Source of the DNA: Candidatus Latescibacterota bacterium
GTDB taxonomy: Bacteria; Latescibacterota; UBA2968; GCA-2709665
Assembly (NCBI GenBank): GCA_965116875.1
Contig: OZ220733.1
Location: 2,912,001 to 2,976,000 of the forward strand
Length of the DNA stretch: 64,000 bases
Reading direction: 5' to 3'
Part shown: one piece after another, positions 20,179 through 29,502 of the stretch
Layout of the letters: each line of letters begins with the position of its first letter
Position numbering within the stretch: the stretch's first letter is position 1
The notes under the pieces: generated by a model
What the model was told of the DNA's origin: nothing
The model's input: the letters and a program-made list of their open reading frames with translations, nothing else
Databases searched by the model: none
Translations under genes and position numbers: made by a program

Positions 20179-22068
20179 GTGGCATACGTCGATACGCTTT
20201 ACGACAAATACTATCTGGAGTTTGCGTCCTATTCCATCAAGAACCGGGCGATCCCCAGCATAGACGACGGCTTCAAGCCGGTTCAGCGGCGCATTCTGCA
20301 CGCCCTCCACGAGATGGACGACGGCAAGTACCACAAGGTCGCCAACGTCGTGGGCCAGACGATGCGGTATCATCCCCACGGGGATCTCTCCATTTTCGGC
20401 GCCCTCGTCAACCTGGCCAACAAGGAGCTGTTCATCGACAGGCAGGGCAATTTCGGCAACATCTTCACGGGCGACGAGGCCTCCGCGGCGCGCTATATCG
20501 AGTGCCGGCTCACGCCTCTGGCCAGAGAGGTCCTGTTCAACCCGGAGACGACACAATTCGAGGATTCGTACGACGGCCGCAACCGTGAGCCGCTCGCCTT
20601 TCCCGCGAAGATCCCGGTCTTGCTGGCGATAGGCTCGGAGGGCATTGCGGCGGGAATGACCACCCGCATTCTCCCGCATAACCTGATTGAGCTGCTCGAG
20701 GCGCAGATCGCCTGCCTGCAGGACCGACCCTTCCGACTCAATCCCGACTTTCCCACGGGCGGGATGGTGGATGTCTCCGGATATGACGACGGAAACGGAA
20801 AGGTTCTCGTCCGGGCAAAGCTGGATACGAAAGACCCGAAGCGCATCATCGTGCGGGAACTGCCTTTTGGCACGTCAACCGAGACCCTCATCGCCTCCAT
20901 CGAAGACGCTTCCAAAAAAGGGAAGCTCAAAATCTCGGGTATCAGCGACTATACGACCGATCAGGTGGAAATCGAAATCCAGCTCGCGCGCGGCGTGCAC
21001 ACCAAAGATACCGTAGACGCACTCTATGCATTTACGGACTGCGAGACGTCAATTGCGGCGAATCTGCTGGTCATTCGCGAGAACCGCCCGCAGATCACAA
21101 CCGTGACCGACGTGATTCGATACAATACGGACCGCCTGGTCGAGCTGCTCAGGACCGAACTCAAGCTGGAAGAGCGCCGGTTGACCGTCCGGCATCACGC
21201 GAAAACGCTCGAACAGATCTTCATTGAAAACCGGATTTACAAGCACATCGAGGAGGAGACCACCTCCGAGGACGTCTACCGCGCGGTGTTCGACGGGTTC
21301 GAACACTTCAAGGAAAACATCAGGGCGGAAGTCTCGCGTGAGGACGTGGATAACCTGCTCAAGATCCCCATCAGGCGCATCTCGCTCTACGATATCAACA
21401 AGGCCCAGGAGGAAATGCAGGAAATCCGCAAGCGCCTCAGGGAGGTCCGCGCCAACCTTCGCGGCATCCAGGCCTACGCTATCGGGTTCGTCGAAGGGAT
21501 CATAGAGAAATACCGGGCAGATCACCCCCGGAAGACAGAGATCGCGAGCATCCAGAGAGTCGACGTCCGGGAGGCGGCTCAGCGAAATCTCAAGCTGCGC
21601 TACGACAGGAATACCGGTTACCTGGGCCACGAGGTCAACGGCGTCGCCCTTTTCGACGTGTCGCCTTACGACCGTGTTCTGGTCATTCGCAAGTCCGGAA
21701 CCTACTCCGTGGTGGACGTCCCCGAAAAGCTCTTCGTGGACAAAGGTATGCTCTTCTGCAATTTCATTGACGAAGACCGCGTCTACAATATCTTCTACAA
21801 AGAGAACAAGACCGGATATCTCTACATCAAACGGTGCAAAATCGACAAATTCATTCTGAACCGGGGATACGAACTGGCGCCGGAAGGCTGCCGCATCCTG
21901 AAACTCACCACCAACTCCAAACGTACGATCCAGGCCAAATTCAAGCCCAAACCGCGCGTGCGAATCACCGAAGAGGAATTCAACATCGGCGACTATCCCG
22001 TTCGCGGCAACAGGGCGAGGGGCATCCGCCTGGCCAACCGCGAAGTCAAGAGCGTGAAGTTCATCTGA
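20179..22068 (+). CDS. parC: Type IIA topoisomerase A subunit (ParC-like, short C-terminal domain)
   Basis: RAIPSIDDGFKPVQRRIL, YHPHGD, QGNFG, AARYIE (catalytic Tyr); no GyrA box seen. Confidence 0.9.
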   Translation: MAYVDTLYDKYYLEFASYSIKNRAIPSIDDGFKPVQRRILHALHEMDDGKYHKVANVVGQTMRYHPHGDLSIFGALVNLANKELFIDRQGNFGNIFTGDEASAARYIECRLTPLAREVLFNPETTQFEDSYDGRNREPLAFPAKIPVLLAIGSEGIAAGMTTRILPHNLIELLEAQIACLQDRPFRLNPDFPTGGMVDVSGYDDGNGKVLVRAKLDTKDPKRIIVRELPFGTSTETLIASIEDASKKGKLKISGISDYTTDQVEIEIQLARGVHTKDTVDALYAFTDCETSIAANLLVIRENRPQITTVTDVIRYNTDRLVELLRTELKLEERRLTVRHHAKTLEQIFIENRIYKHIEEETTSEDVYRAVFDGFEHFKENIRAEVSREDVDNLLKIPIRRISLYDINKAQEEMQEIRKRLREVRANLRGIQAYAIGFVEGIIEKYRADHPRKTEIASIQRVDVREAAQRNLKLRYDRNTGYLGHEVNGVALFDVSPYDRVLVIRKSGTYSVVDVPEKLFVDKGMLFCNFIDEDRVYNIFYKENKTGYLYIKRCKIDKFILNRGYELAPEGCRILKLTTNSKRTIQAKFKPKPRVRITEEEFNIGDYPVRGNRARGIRLANREVKSVKFI

Positions 22069-22146
22069 CCGCGGGTGTCAGACGGGATCGGTCGATACGG
22101 TCGGAGGTGTCCTTCACCTCCCCGCCTCACGCAGAAAGAGAACCTG

Positions 22147-22911
22147 ATGTCCCCAAAACCCCTTGCCGGCCTTCTGGACCTGTCCGGACAGGTCGCCATT
22201 GTTACCGGCGCGAGCCGCGGCATCGGCAGGAGCATCGCCGAAATCTTCCATCAGGCGGGCGCCAGTCTCACGCTGGTCGCGCGCAACGCGGGTCCATTGG
22301 AAGCGGTAGCCGATGCGCTGTCTGACGGAGGAGACGTACTCGCCGCGGCGGCCGACGTTGCGGACGAGGCACAGGTCAACGCGTTCGTACAAAGAACCGT
22401 GGACGCGTTCGGCCGTGTCGACATCCTGGTCAACAATGCCGGGGTGTCCAGCCCGGGACCCTATACGGGCGTGGACCACGCCGAATGGCAGCGTGTGATC
22501 GGCGCCAATCTCACCGGCGCGTATCTCTGCTGCCGGGCGGCGGCCCCGTACATGGAAAAACAGAAAAACGGCCGTATCATCAATATTTCCTCCATTAGCG
22601 GCCAGACGGGAGGTGTCGCAGGCGGCGTCCACTACGGCAGTTCGAAGGCCGGAATGATCGGGATGACCAAGACGCTCTCTCGCGACCTGGCTGCGAGCAA
22701 TGTCACGGTCAATGCCATTACCCCGGGCGTCATCGAGACCAGCATGCAAATCCCGCCAGAGACCCGCAGCCGGATCAACGAACTCATTCCTCTGGGTTAC
22801 GTCGGCCAACCCGAGGAAATCGCGTACGCCGCACTCTTCCTGGCCTCGCGGATGGGGGCATATATCACCGGCGCCACGATCGACGTGAACGGCGGGATAC
22901 TTAAGCGGTGA
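22147..22911 (+). CDS. SDR-family oxidoreductase (FabG-like)
   Basis: TGASRGIG, NNAG, YGSSK catalytic motif. Confidence 0.92.
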   Translation: MSPKPLAGLLDLSGQVAIVTGASRGIGRSIAEIFHQAGASLTLVARNAGPLEAVADALSDGGDVLAAAADVADEAQVNAFVQRTVDAFGRVDILVNNAGVSSPGPYTGVDHAEWQRVIGANLTGAYLCCRAAAPYMEKQKNGRIINISSISGQTGGVAGGVHYGSSKAGMIGMTKTLSRDLAASNVTVNAITPGVIETSMQIPPETRSRINELIPLGYVGQPEEIAYAALFLASRMGAYITGATIDVNGGILKR

Positions 22912-22957
22912 AAAAAACAGCTATCAGCGGTCAGCCGTCTGCAATCAGCGAAAGGCG

Positions 22958-23131
22958 GACCTCTCCCCCCGGCCCCCTCTCCTGAAGGAAAGGGGGAGAA
23001 AGGCTGGCGTCGCGTACCGGTGTTCTAAAACATTCTGATCGATGGGACAACTTTGTCACGGCACGACCGCAAACATCGAACCGTCACCATTTCCCCTTTC
23101 TTCAGAAAGGGGGCAAGGGGGTAGGTCTCGA
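22958..23131 (-). repeat. ~175-bp MITE/REP-like element, copy 2
   Basis: Reverse complement of 7984..8158 with scattered substitutions. Confidence 0.85.
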
Positions 23132-23157
23132 TAGGTGAGAAAGCAAAGGAGATCGAT

Positions 23158-24348
23158 ATGACAGCACGTTTAGATGAATGGAAACCTGGTCCCGAGACGA
23201 TTGAATCTCTGTCCTCGCTGATCCGGTCAAAACCCGAGGAAGTCCGGTGGACGGAAATCGGATGGGATACCGACCTCTGGGCGGCCCGCCGCCGCGCGGC
23301 CGCGGTGCGGAGACCGTTGTTCATCTGGGCGATGAACGGCAACCCGCTCGGCTGTGTCTGAAACAACGGCATCGCGGGCCGTGAGTCCGTTTTCTCCCAT
23401 CCCGACATTATCCGGATCCTCAACGAATCCTACGTTTCGGTTGCGGACAACTGCAGCTATACCCAGACGCAGAAGGACGCCAAGGGCGAGTTCTTCCGCC
23501 TCGTGGCCGAACAGGGCCATTATGGTGGAGTCACCGAACCCACGGCCACCCGGCAGGGCCTGTACGCGTGCACGTCCGACGGCGAGTTGCTGGGGTCCAT
23601 CAACACGCGGGACGCCGCCCCGCTTCTGGAAGTGCTCGAGCAGAGCCTGGAAAGGTGGCGGAAACGCCCGGATGGCGGCGATTCGCCCGACATTTCCGAA
23701 ACCTATCCCGTCGATCCCAGGCTCGGATGGTCCTATCCGGAAAACGGCCTTGTGCTGAGAGTCACGGTTCGCGACCTTCCGCGGAACTCCGGCGACGTCG
23801 ACCCCCGGCACAACATCGACTTCGCGTGGTTTACCCGGGAGGAGACCCGGTCTCTCGCGCCCGGGAATGTCGTGCCCGGCCAGACCTGGCGCGCGCCGGA
23901 TTTCTTTACCAGACGTCTCGCCCTGCGCCACTTCATCGACACGGCACGCGGTCAATCGCCTGGATGGAAGGAAGAAAATCTGAAGGACGCGGAGATCCGC
24001 CTGACCGTCGAATCCGTCGAAACCGACTGCGTCCGGCTTCGCATGGAAGGACGCATCCACCTGGTGGGGGAACCCAGTTTCGAATCCAATCCCCACAGCG
24101 GCCTGACGGTTGACAAGCCGCGGGGTCTCGATTTGACCCTATATGGGCGCCTCGCGTACGATCCCCTGCGGCGGAGCTTTAATGCCTTCGATGCCGTTGC
24201 GACGGGCGACCGATGGGGCTGCACTACCTACAACGTTCGCTTCGACGACCCCGGCCCCGCGCCCATCGGTTTCGCCTTCGAACTCGCGTCGGACAATCCC
24301 ATCGAACGCACCCCTCCCGCATCCATCAGGCAAAATTACTTCGATTGA
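23158..24348 (+). CDS. Probable selenoprotein (396 aa; Sec at TGA 23359-23361; thioredoxin-like, SELENON-like core)
   Basis: ORFs 23158..23361 and 23503..24348 are in the same frame and the gap between them is open: ...FIWAMNGNPLGCV[TGA]NNGIAGRESVFSHPDIIRILNESYVSV...; AAGGAG RBS before 23158, none evident before 23503. Confidence 0.75.
23362..23395 (+). promoter_or_regulatory. Candidate bacterial SECIS hairpin
   Basis: Starts 12 nt after the UGA: GCGGGC-CGTGA-GTCCGT, 6-bp stem with G-containing apical loop. Confidence 0.55.
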
Positions 24349-24413
24349 CATTGCCATTGGGATGCTTCAGAAATATCGGATTGATGCAGCAGCCATTATC
24401 GCATACAAACGCG

Positions 24414-24446
24414 AAAAGCGCCCCGGTGAAGAGCCGAGGCGCTTTT
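24414..24446 (+). terminator. Intrinsic terminator-like hairpin downstream of the putative selenoprotein
   Basis: AAAAGCGCCCCGG-TGAAGAG-CCGAGGCGCTTTT. Confidence 0.6.
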
Positions 24447-24481
24447 GGTGTCAATTATACATGCCGCACATACGCCCAAAC

Positions 24482-24699
24482 TGTCATCCTGAGGAAGCCC
24501 CCCAGGCTGACGAAGGATCTCCTGCGGCATGGTCGGATGTCCTGGCTACTTTGAATCGACAACACATCAGAAGCAGCACAAACGCGCAAGATTCGCGGGA
24601 GGCCGGCGAACATCGGGCGATCTGTGTCCAATCGGCGCCGGTGCGGGGTGAATAATGGCGCGAAACTTCCAAGCCTGGGGCGGACATTCCTGTCTGCCC
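24482..24699. repeat. Two REP-like motifs (TGTCATCCTGAG..GAAGGATCT at 24482-24520; GGGGCGGACATTCCTGTCTGCCC at 24677-24699)
   Basis: Short motifs resembling widespread REP-type repeats; each is single-copy in this window. Confidence 0.45.
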
Positions 24700-24834
24700 T
24701 TCTAATCGTCTTCTCGCCGGACTGTATGCAGTCGTAGACCTCGCGCCAACTGATTTCCTCATACCCGCGCGGCGGGGCGACCCGGAGCCTGAGCGGGCTC
24801 CTCGAAACGTCGTATTCGACAGGACTTTGGTGCC

Positions 24835-25023
24835 TCAGGCGGTTCCGTCACCAACCGACCGGTGTTCCTGTTCCAATCTATCGCCATAGCGCTCGCTCGC
24901 CTCGTCCAGCTTTCCGCGCACTTCGGGCGGCAATTCCAGCGCCTCACCGGCGATTGTCTCATCCACGTGGGCTGTGTTCTCGGGGCCGGCCAGTACCGAC
25001 GTCCAATCAAGGAGATTGTCCAT
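24835..25023 (-). pseudogene. Probable C-terminal remnant of an aldo/keto reductase
   Basis: WTSVLAGPENTAHVDETIAGEALELPPEVRGKLDEAS resembles AKR C-termini; no N-terminal part; overlaps the RBS of the divergent gene. Confidence 0.45.
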
Positions 25024-26002
25024 GAACGTCCCACCGACAGACGGGTTTCGCGTCCCCGTCGAAGACCTGCGTCGCCTCGTATGCGCAATCTACGAAGCCG
25101 TGCCTCTGCCCGCGGAGCACGCTCGGCTGATCGCCGATCTGCTGGTCGACACCGAACTGCGCGGCGTGGTCAGCCATGGCGTGATGCAGGTGGAGCGCTA
25201 CGTCCGCTCGTTCCAGGAAGGACGCGCCAATCCCGATCCCACCATCCGGGTGCTCCACGAAGGCCCCACGACGGCCGCGCTCAGCGGTGACGGCGGCCTG
25301 GGGATGATCGTCGCCACACGCGCGATGCAGATGGCCATTGCCAAAGCCAGGGAACTGGGCGTCGGCGTGGTCACGACGGTCTATCACGACCATCTGGGCA
25401 GTTCGGGGAAGTACGTGCGGATGGCCCTGAGGGAGGACCTCGTCGGCATCAGCCTCTCCGGCCGGAACGCCGCGCCATCCTACAATCGTGCCGACAGCAT
25501 CCGCGGCTCGATACAGGGCAGCCCACCGCTGTCGTTCGGGATGCCCGCGGGCCCCGGTCGGCCCAACTTCCTGCTCGACTATGCCAGCCATTTCGAGGCG
25601 GACGACGAGGACGTCCACAGGAATCCGGCGGTATTCGTGAAGGCCATCGGCATGTCCCACGTGGCCAACATTCTCTCGGGGACCCTGGGGGGACAAATGC
25701 TGCCCGAATTCGACCGGCGAGCCACGAGGTTCCAGGGCGCGGACCAGTCCGGTTTTCACATGGCGCTGGACGTGAGCCGCTTCACCTCACCCGACGCGTT
25801 CAAGGCGGACGTGGACTACCTGATGGACGAGACCGCGAAGATGCAGCCGCTGCCCGGACTTACGGAAGCGGGTCTGCCGGGGCAGAGGGCCTGGTCCAAG
25901 GAGGCGGGCTATCGGAAGAACGGCATTCCCGTCAGCGCGAATGCGATAGCGGCGCTTGAGGGCCTCGCCCGTGAGTTTTCCCTTCCGGTCCCGTGGGCGT
26001 AG
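25022..26002 (+). CDS. Ldh_2-family (malate/L-lactate/ureidoglycolate-type) oxidoreductase
   Basis: DTELRGVVSHG, DGGLG, HDHLG; AAGGAG RBS. Confidence 0.88.
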   Translation: MNVPPTDGFRVPVEDLRRLVCAIYEAVPLPAEHARLIADLLVDTELRGVVSHGVMQVERYVRSFQEGRANPDPTIRVLHEGPTTAALSGDGGLGMIVATRAMQMAIAKARELGVGVVTTVYHDHLGSSGKYVRMALREDLVGISLSGRNAAPSYNRADSIRGSIQGSPPLSFGMPAGPGRPNFLLDYASHFEADDEDVHRNPAVFVKAIGMSHVANILSGTLGGQMLPEFDRRATRFQGADQSGFHMALDVSRFTSPDAFKADVDYLMDETAKMQPLPGLTEAGLPGQRAWSKEAGYRKNGIPVSANAIAALEGLAREFSLPVPWA

Positions 26003-26039
26003 GGTTTGGCCGCGCGATCCGGAACCCAGATTCTTTTCT

Positions 26040-27161
26040 CTAGCGGAACCAGTCATAGTTCAGCCCGAGAGACCGGTCCTCCAGCGGCAGTTCCACGCGC
26101 TCTCCGCCGCGGGCGGATGAGAGTTTCAGCGCAATCTCGACTTCCAGGGCCACAGCAATCCGCCGGCCCGAGTTCTTCGGTTCGTCCAGGCGGCCTTCCA
26201 TGCAATCGATCACGTCGTTCAGCGAGTAGACCGCGCCGTACGGGTGCACGAACTGCGGCTCCGGCCACGGCATCTCCACGCGAATGTTGCCGGTCGTCTC
26301 CAGTTGCTGTCTCAGGTGCCATTTGCGGCCCGCTCCGAACTCGATCTCACCCGTACTCCCCGCCAGCCGGACCCCGGGCGCTCCCGCCCGAAAATGCACG
26401 ACCGTCCGGTCCGCCGTGACCATGATTCCCTGGCCCCTGAATTCGTCGCTTCCACCGGGGCCGTCGAATTCGTCGGTGCCGGCTCCTCGACGGGGGAGGT
26501 CTCCAATGCCCGAGACCCACGCGGGGGCGCTGTCCAGGAAATACGACCAGTTCTGATGCTGCGCGAACGGCGAGTTGGCCTCAATGGACAGGATCTCCCC
26601 GATGGCCCCGCTTTGCACCAGTTCTCTGGCTTTTCCAAAAGAGGGGTGGGTCGTCGAGATCGCACCGCAATTGAGGGGGACGCCCGCATCAGCGCAGGTT
26701 GAAACCATGCGATCCGCCTCCTCGAGCGTGTGGCACATCGGCTTGTCGGTAACAATGCCGCGCGCCCCGTGTTGCACCGCGAGACAGGTCAGGTCGACGC
26801 GTCCCTTGGTATTCGTGGCGATGGCCACGATGTCAGGACGCTCGGCGCGAAACATCGCTTCGGCATCCTCGTAAGTCGCCTCGATCCCGTAGCGTTCGCT
26901 GAACGCCGCGAGTCGTTTGGGGTCCCGGTCGGCCGCCGCCGCCAGTTCCACCTCGGGACGGTTGTGCAGCGCTTCCGCGTACGTGGAGGGGTTCCCCTCC
27001 GTGCCCGGGTGGTCGTGGTGATAAAACCGGCGATGGATATCCAGTTCGGGCGTCGGGCGGTCCACGTCGTCCACGTCGAACAGGTCGGGGATGCGCTCTG
27101 CAAGATCGTACAGCATGCCCATCCATCCCAGGCCGATCACTGCTGCTCGGTATTTCGCCAT
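26040..27161 (-). CDS. Gfo/Idh/MocA-family oxidoreductase
   Basis: AAVIGLGWMG Rossmann motif; DKPM in place of EKP. Confidence 0.88.
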   Translation of the reverse strand: MAKYRAAVIGLGWMGMLYDLAERIPDLFDVDDVDRPTPELDIHRRFYHHDHPGTEGNPSTYAEALHNRPEVELAAAADRDPKRLAAFSERYGIEATYEDAEAMFRAERPDIVAIATNTKGRVDLTCLAVQHGARGIVTDKPMCHTLEEADRMVSTCADAGVPLNCGAISTTHPSFGKARELVQSGAIGEILSIEANSPFAQHQNWSYFLDSAPAWVSGIGDLPRRGAGTDEFDGPGGSDEFRGQGIMVTADRTVVHFRAGAPGVRLAGSTGEIEFGAGRKWHLRQQLETTGNIRVEMPWPEPQFVHPYGAVYSLNDVIDCMEGRLDEPKNSGRRIAVALEVEIALKLSSARGGERVELPLEDRSLGLNYDWFR

Positions 27162-27210
27162 AAGATTCTCCAATCGTAATGATTTGAAAAGTAGCGGTCA
27201 GCCAGAGTCG

Positions 27211-27337
27211 GTTAGAGGTAAGAAGGTAGACGGGAGAAGAAATCCTCGCCCGGAATGTTTTCCCTCCTTGCCTGCGGCACGAACGGAATCCTCACAAGGC
27301 AGGCAATCTCTCCCCTCTACCGTCTTCCGTCTCCCCG
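27211..27337 (+). repeat. Family H repeat, copy C
   Basis: TGCCTGCGGCA at 27269-27279; heptad flanks. Confidence 0.75.
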
Positions 27338-27463
27338 CTCTTAAGGAACACGCCGTAGGCAGGGAATCTGGGGAAGAGGGGATTCCTGGTTTTGGTCTTT
27401 GCGATCAGCGATCAGCCGTCAGCCATAAGTAAAGCCGTCAACACCTGCGCCTGTTGCGCGTCT

Positions 27464-27489
27464 GTAGGGGCACCCCTTGTGGTTGCCCG
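27464..27489 (+). repeat. GTAG-type REP (GTAGGGGCACCCCTTGTGGTTGCCCG)
   Basis: GTAG tetranucleotide plus imperfect palindrome; five copies in the window. Confidence 0.8.
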
Positions 27490-27656
27490 CCTTTTCGCGG
27501 TTTCCTCAAGTCAGAAGTTTCTGGTGTTCCTGTCGCGTATCCTGTATGGTATACACCTGTACGAGAAAAATATCAGTCCAATTTCCCGGTCCCCTTGTTC
27601 AAGGTCCAGATCGCGGGATCCGGAAGGATTCAATCCTTACTCCAGGAGTCACCAAT

Positions 27657-28433
27657 ATGCGCAAAAGCAAACTGCTCGCGAAGCTGCGCGATGGCAAACC
27701 GGCCAAAATCTGCGGACTCGGTCACTTCATACCCGCGTACATCCGCATGGCCGCGAACGCGGGCTACGACTGTATCTGGCTGGACGGGGAGCATCGCTGT
27801 TTCACCGACCGGGAAATCCAGTCGATGCTCGCCTACTTTCACCTTTTCGACATCGACTGCATGTTCCGACCGCCCACCACGGAGAAAACGAGGCTGTATC
27901 GTTATCTGGAGGACGGTGCGACGGGCCTGATGATCCCCCACGTCTCGACGCCGGAGAAGGCGCGGATGCTGGTGGACGCCGTCAAGTTCCCGCCGGTTGG
28001 CGACCGCGGCCAGGACGCGGCCGGGCTCGATGCGGACTTCTATATGTCAGGCGGGGAAACATACGTGGACGATGCCAACCGCGAGACCTTCCTCGTGGTT
28101 CAAATCGAAACGCCCCAGGCTATGGAAAACCTGGACGCGATCGTATCCGTGGAGGGCGTCGACGGGCTGTTCATCGGACCCGGCGACCTCGGTTTGAGGA
28201 TCGACCGGCTGAAACCGGGATTTACGCTTGACGAGGCCGTTCGAAGGGTCGCCGCCGTCGCGGGCGAACGGGGGATGGCGTGGGGCTGTCCGGCGGCGTC
28301 TCCGGATCACGTAAGAGAACTCTACGACATGGGAGCCCGGCTGATCGCCCACGGCAGCGAGTTCTTCGCCCTGACACAGATGCTTGAAGCGTGTTCGGAC
28401 GACCTGGACCGGGTCTACGGCGACGTCGACTGA
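27657..28433 (+). CDS. HpcH/HpaI aldolase-family protein
   Basis: WLDGEH, KFPPVGDRG, QIET, FIGPGDL. Confidence 0.92.
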   Translation: MRKSKLLAKLRDGKPAKICGLGHFIPAYIRMAANAGYDCIWLDGEHRCFTDREIQSMLAYFHLFDIDCMFRPPTTEKTRLYRYLEDGATGLMIPHVSTPEKARMLVDAVKFPPVGDRGQDAAGLDADFYMSGGETYVDDANRETFLVVQIETPQAMENLDAIVSVEGVDGLFIGPGDLGLRIDRLKPGFTLDEAVRRVAAVAGERGMAWGCPAASPDHVRELYDMGARLIAHGSEFFALTQMLEACSDDLDRVYGDVD

Positions 28434-28450
28434 AGTCCGCGGCCAGTCAC

Positions 28451-29458
28451 TCAGTTCTCCTCGAACCGGGCCAGCAATTCCGCCGCCCGTTCCTTCATCG
28501 CGGGATCGTTGTGCCGCGCGATGATGCGCTGGAGCGCCGAGATGGCGGTTTCGTCTCCCTGCTCGGCCATGTCGAAAGCCATCCGGTCACGCATGTCGTG
28601 GTACCTGTTGTCGTATTCCCTGATCTCCAGTTCGTATTTCTCCCAGTAGTACTTCAGCGATTCGTCCTTCCAGCCCCGATAGATGTTCTCCCAGGTGTTC
28701 GGCTGGCTGTGGGGGAGTATGCTTCCCGGCGCGATGGGATCGCCGGTCCTCTGATATCGCGCGTCGATGGACATGCGGAGCAGGTCGGAACGGTTCGGAA
28801 GGCCCTTGTGAACGAGCATGCTGTGGAAGAAGAGGACGTCGCCCTGCGCGAAAGGACTGTTGACCCATGCGCCTTCGAGGGGATCGGTAATCTCAATACC
28901 CCCGGCTCCCATGGCCGGCTTGAAGTCATACACCCCTTTGCTGTGAGATCCTGCGGCAACCTGCAGGCCGCCCATTTCGGACGGCAGGTCGCTGAGCGGT
29001 ATCCACGCGGTGTACGTTTCGGCCGTCCCCTGGATGGGAATGAAGTCCTGGTGGGCGGGGGTCGTATAGGCCTCCCGTTGAGGAAAGATGGTCCTCGCGA
29101 TAATGCGCGAATGCGGCAGCATCGGCTCACGCGCCATTCGCTCAAGAAGCCTTACGATGTTCGGATGATGCTGGAGCGCGTGAAACGCCTCGATGCTGTA
29201 CATGTCCGCGTACACGTCCATGTAGGCCGGCTCCGGCTCAACGCAGAAACCGTTCAGGTCCGCGATCCCGTCCTCCGGCGGCGTGTCCTTCCTCGCCCAT
29301 CCGGCCTTCCGTGCAATCTCGAGGAACGCCGATCGCAGCGCTTCCAGGATCTCTCGGGGCAACAGGTTTCGGATGAAGAGGTATCCGTCCTCCTGCATGC
29401 GTTCTCGCAGCAGAGGTCCGTTTCCCGCGATGTCCGTTGCATCGTTGAATGGATTCAA
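28451..29458 (-). CDS. PhyH-family dioxygenase
   Basis: TPAHQD, TAWIPL, GDVLFFHSMLVH; TTG start after GGAGG (alternative ATG 29476). Confidence 0.88.
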   Translation of the reverse strand: MNPFNDATDIAGNGPLLRERMQEDGYLFIRNLLPREILEALRSAFLEIARKAGWARKDTPPEDGIADLNGFCVEPEPAYMDVYADMYSIEAFHALQHHPNIVRLLERMAREPMLPHSRIIARTIFPQREAYTTPAHQDFIPIQGTAETYTAWIPLSDLPSEMGGLQVAAGSHSKGVYDFKPAMGAGGIEITDPLEGAWVNSPFAQGDVLFFHSMLVHKGLPNRSDLLRMSIDARYQRTGDPIAPGSILPHSQPNTWENIYRGWKDESLKYYWEKYELEIREYDNRYHDMRDRMAFDMAEQGDETAISALQRIIARHNDPAMKERAAELLARFEEN

Positions 29459-29502
29459 AGCCAGTCCTCCCGTCATGCGCGTATGAGACGTATCGTGTGC
29501 GA

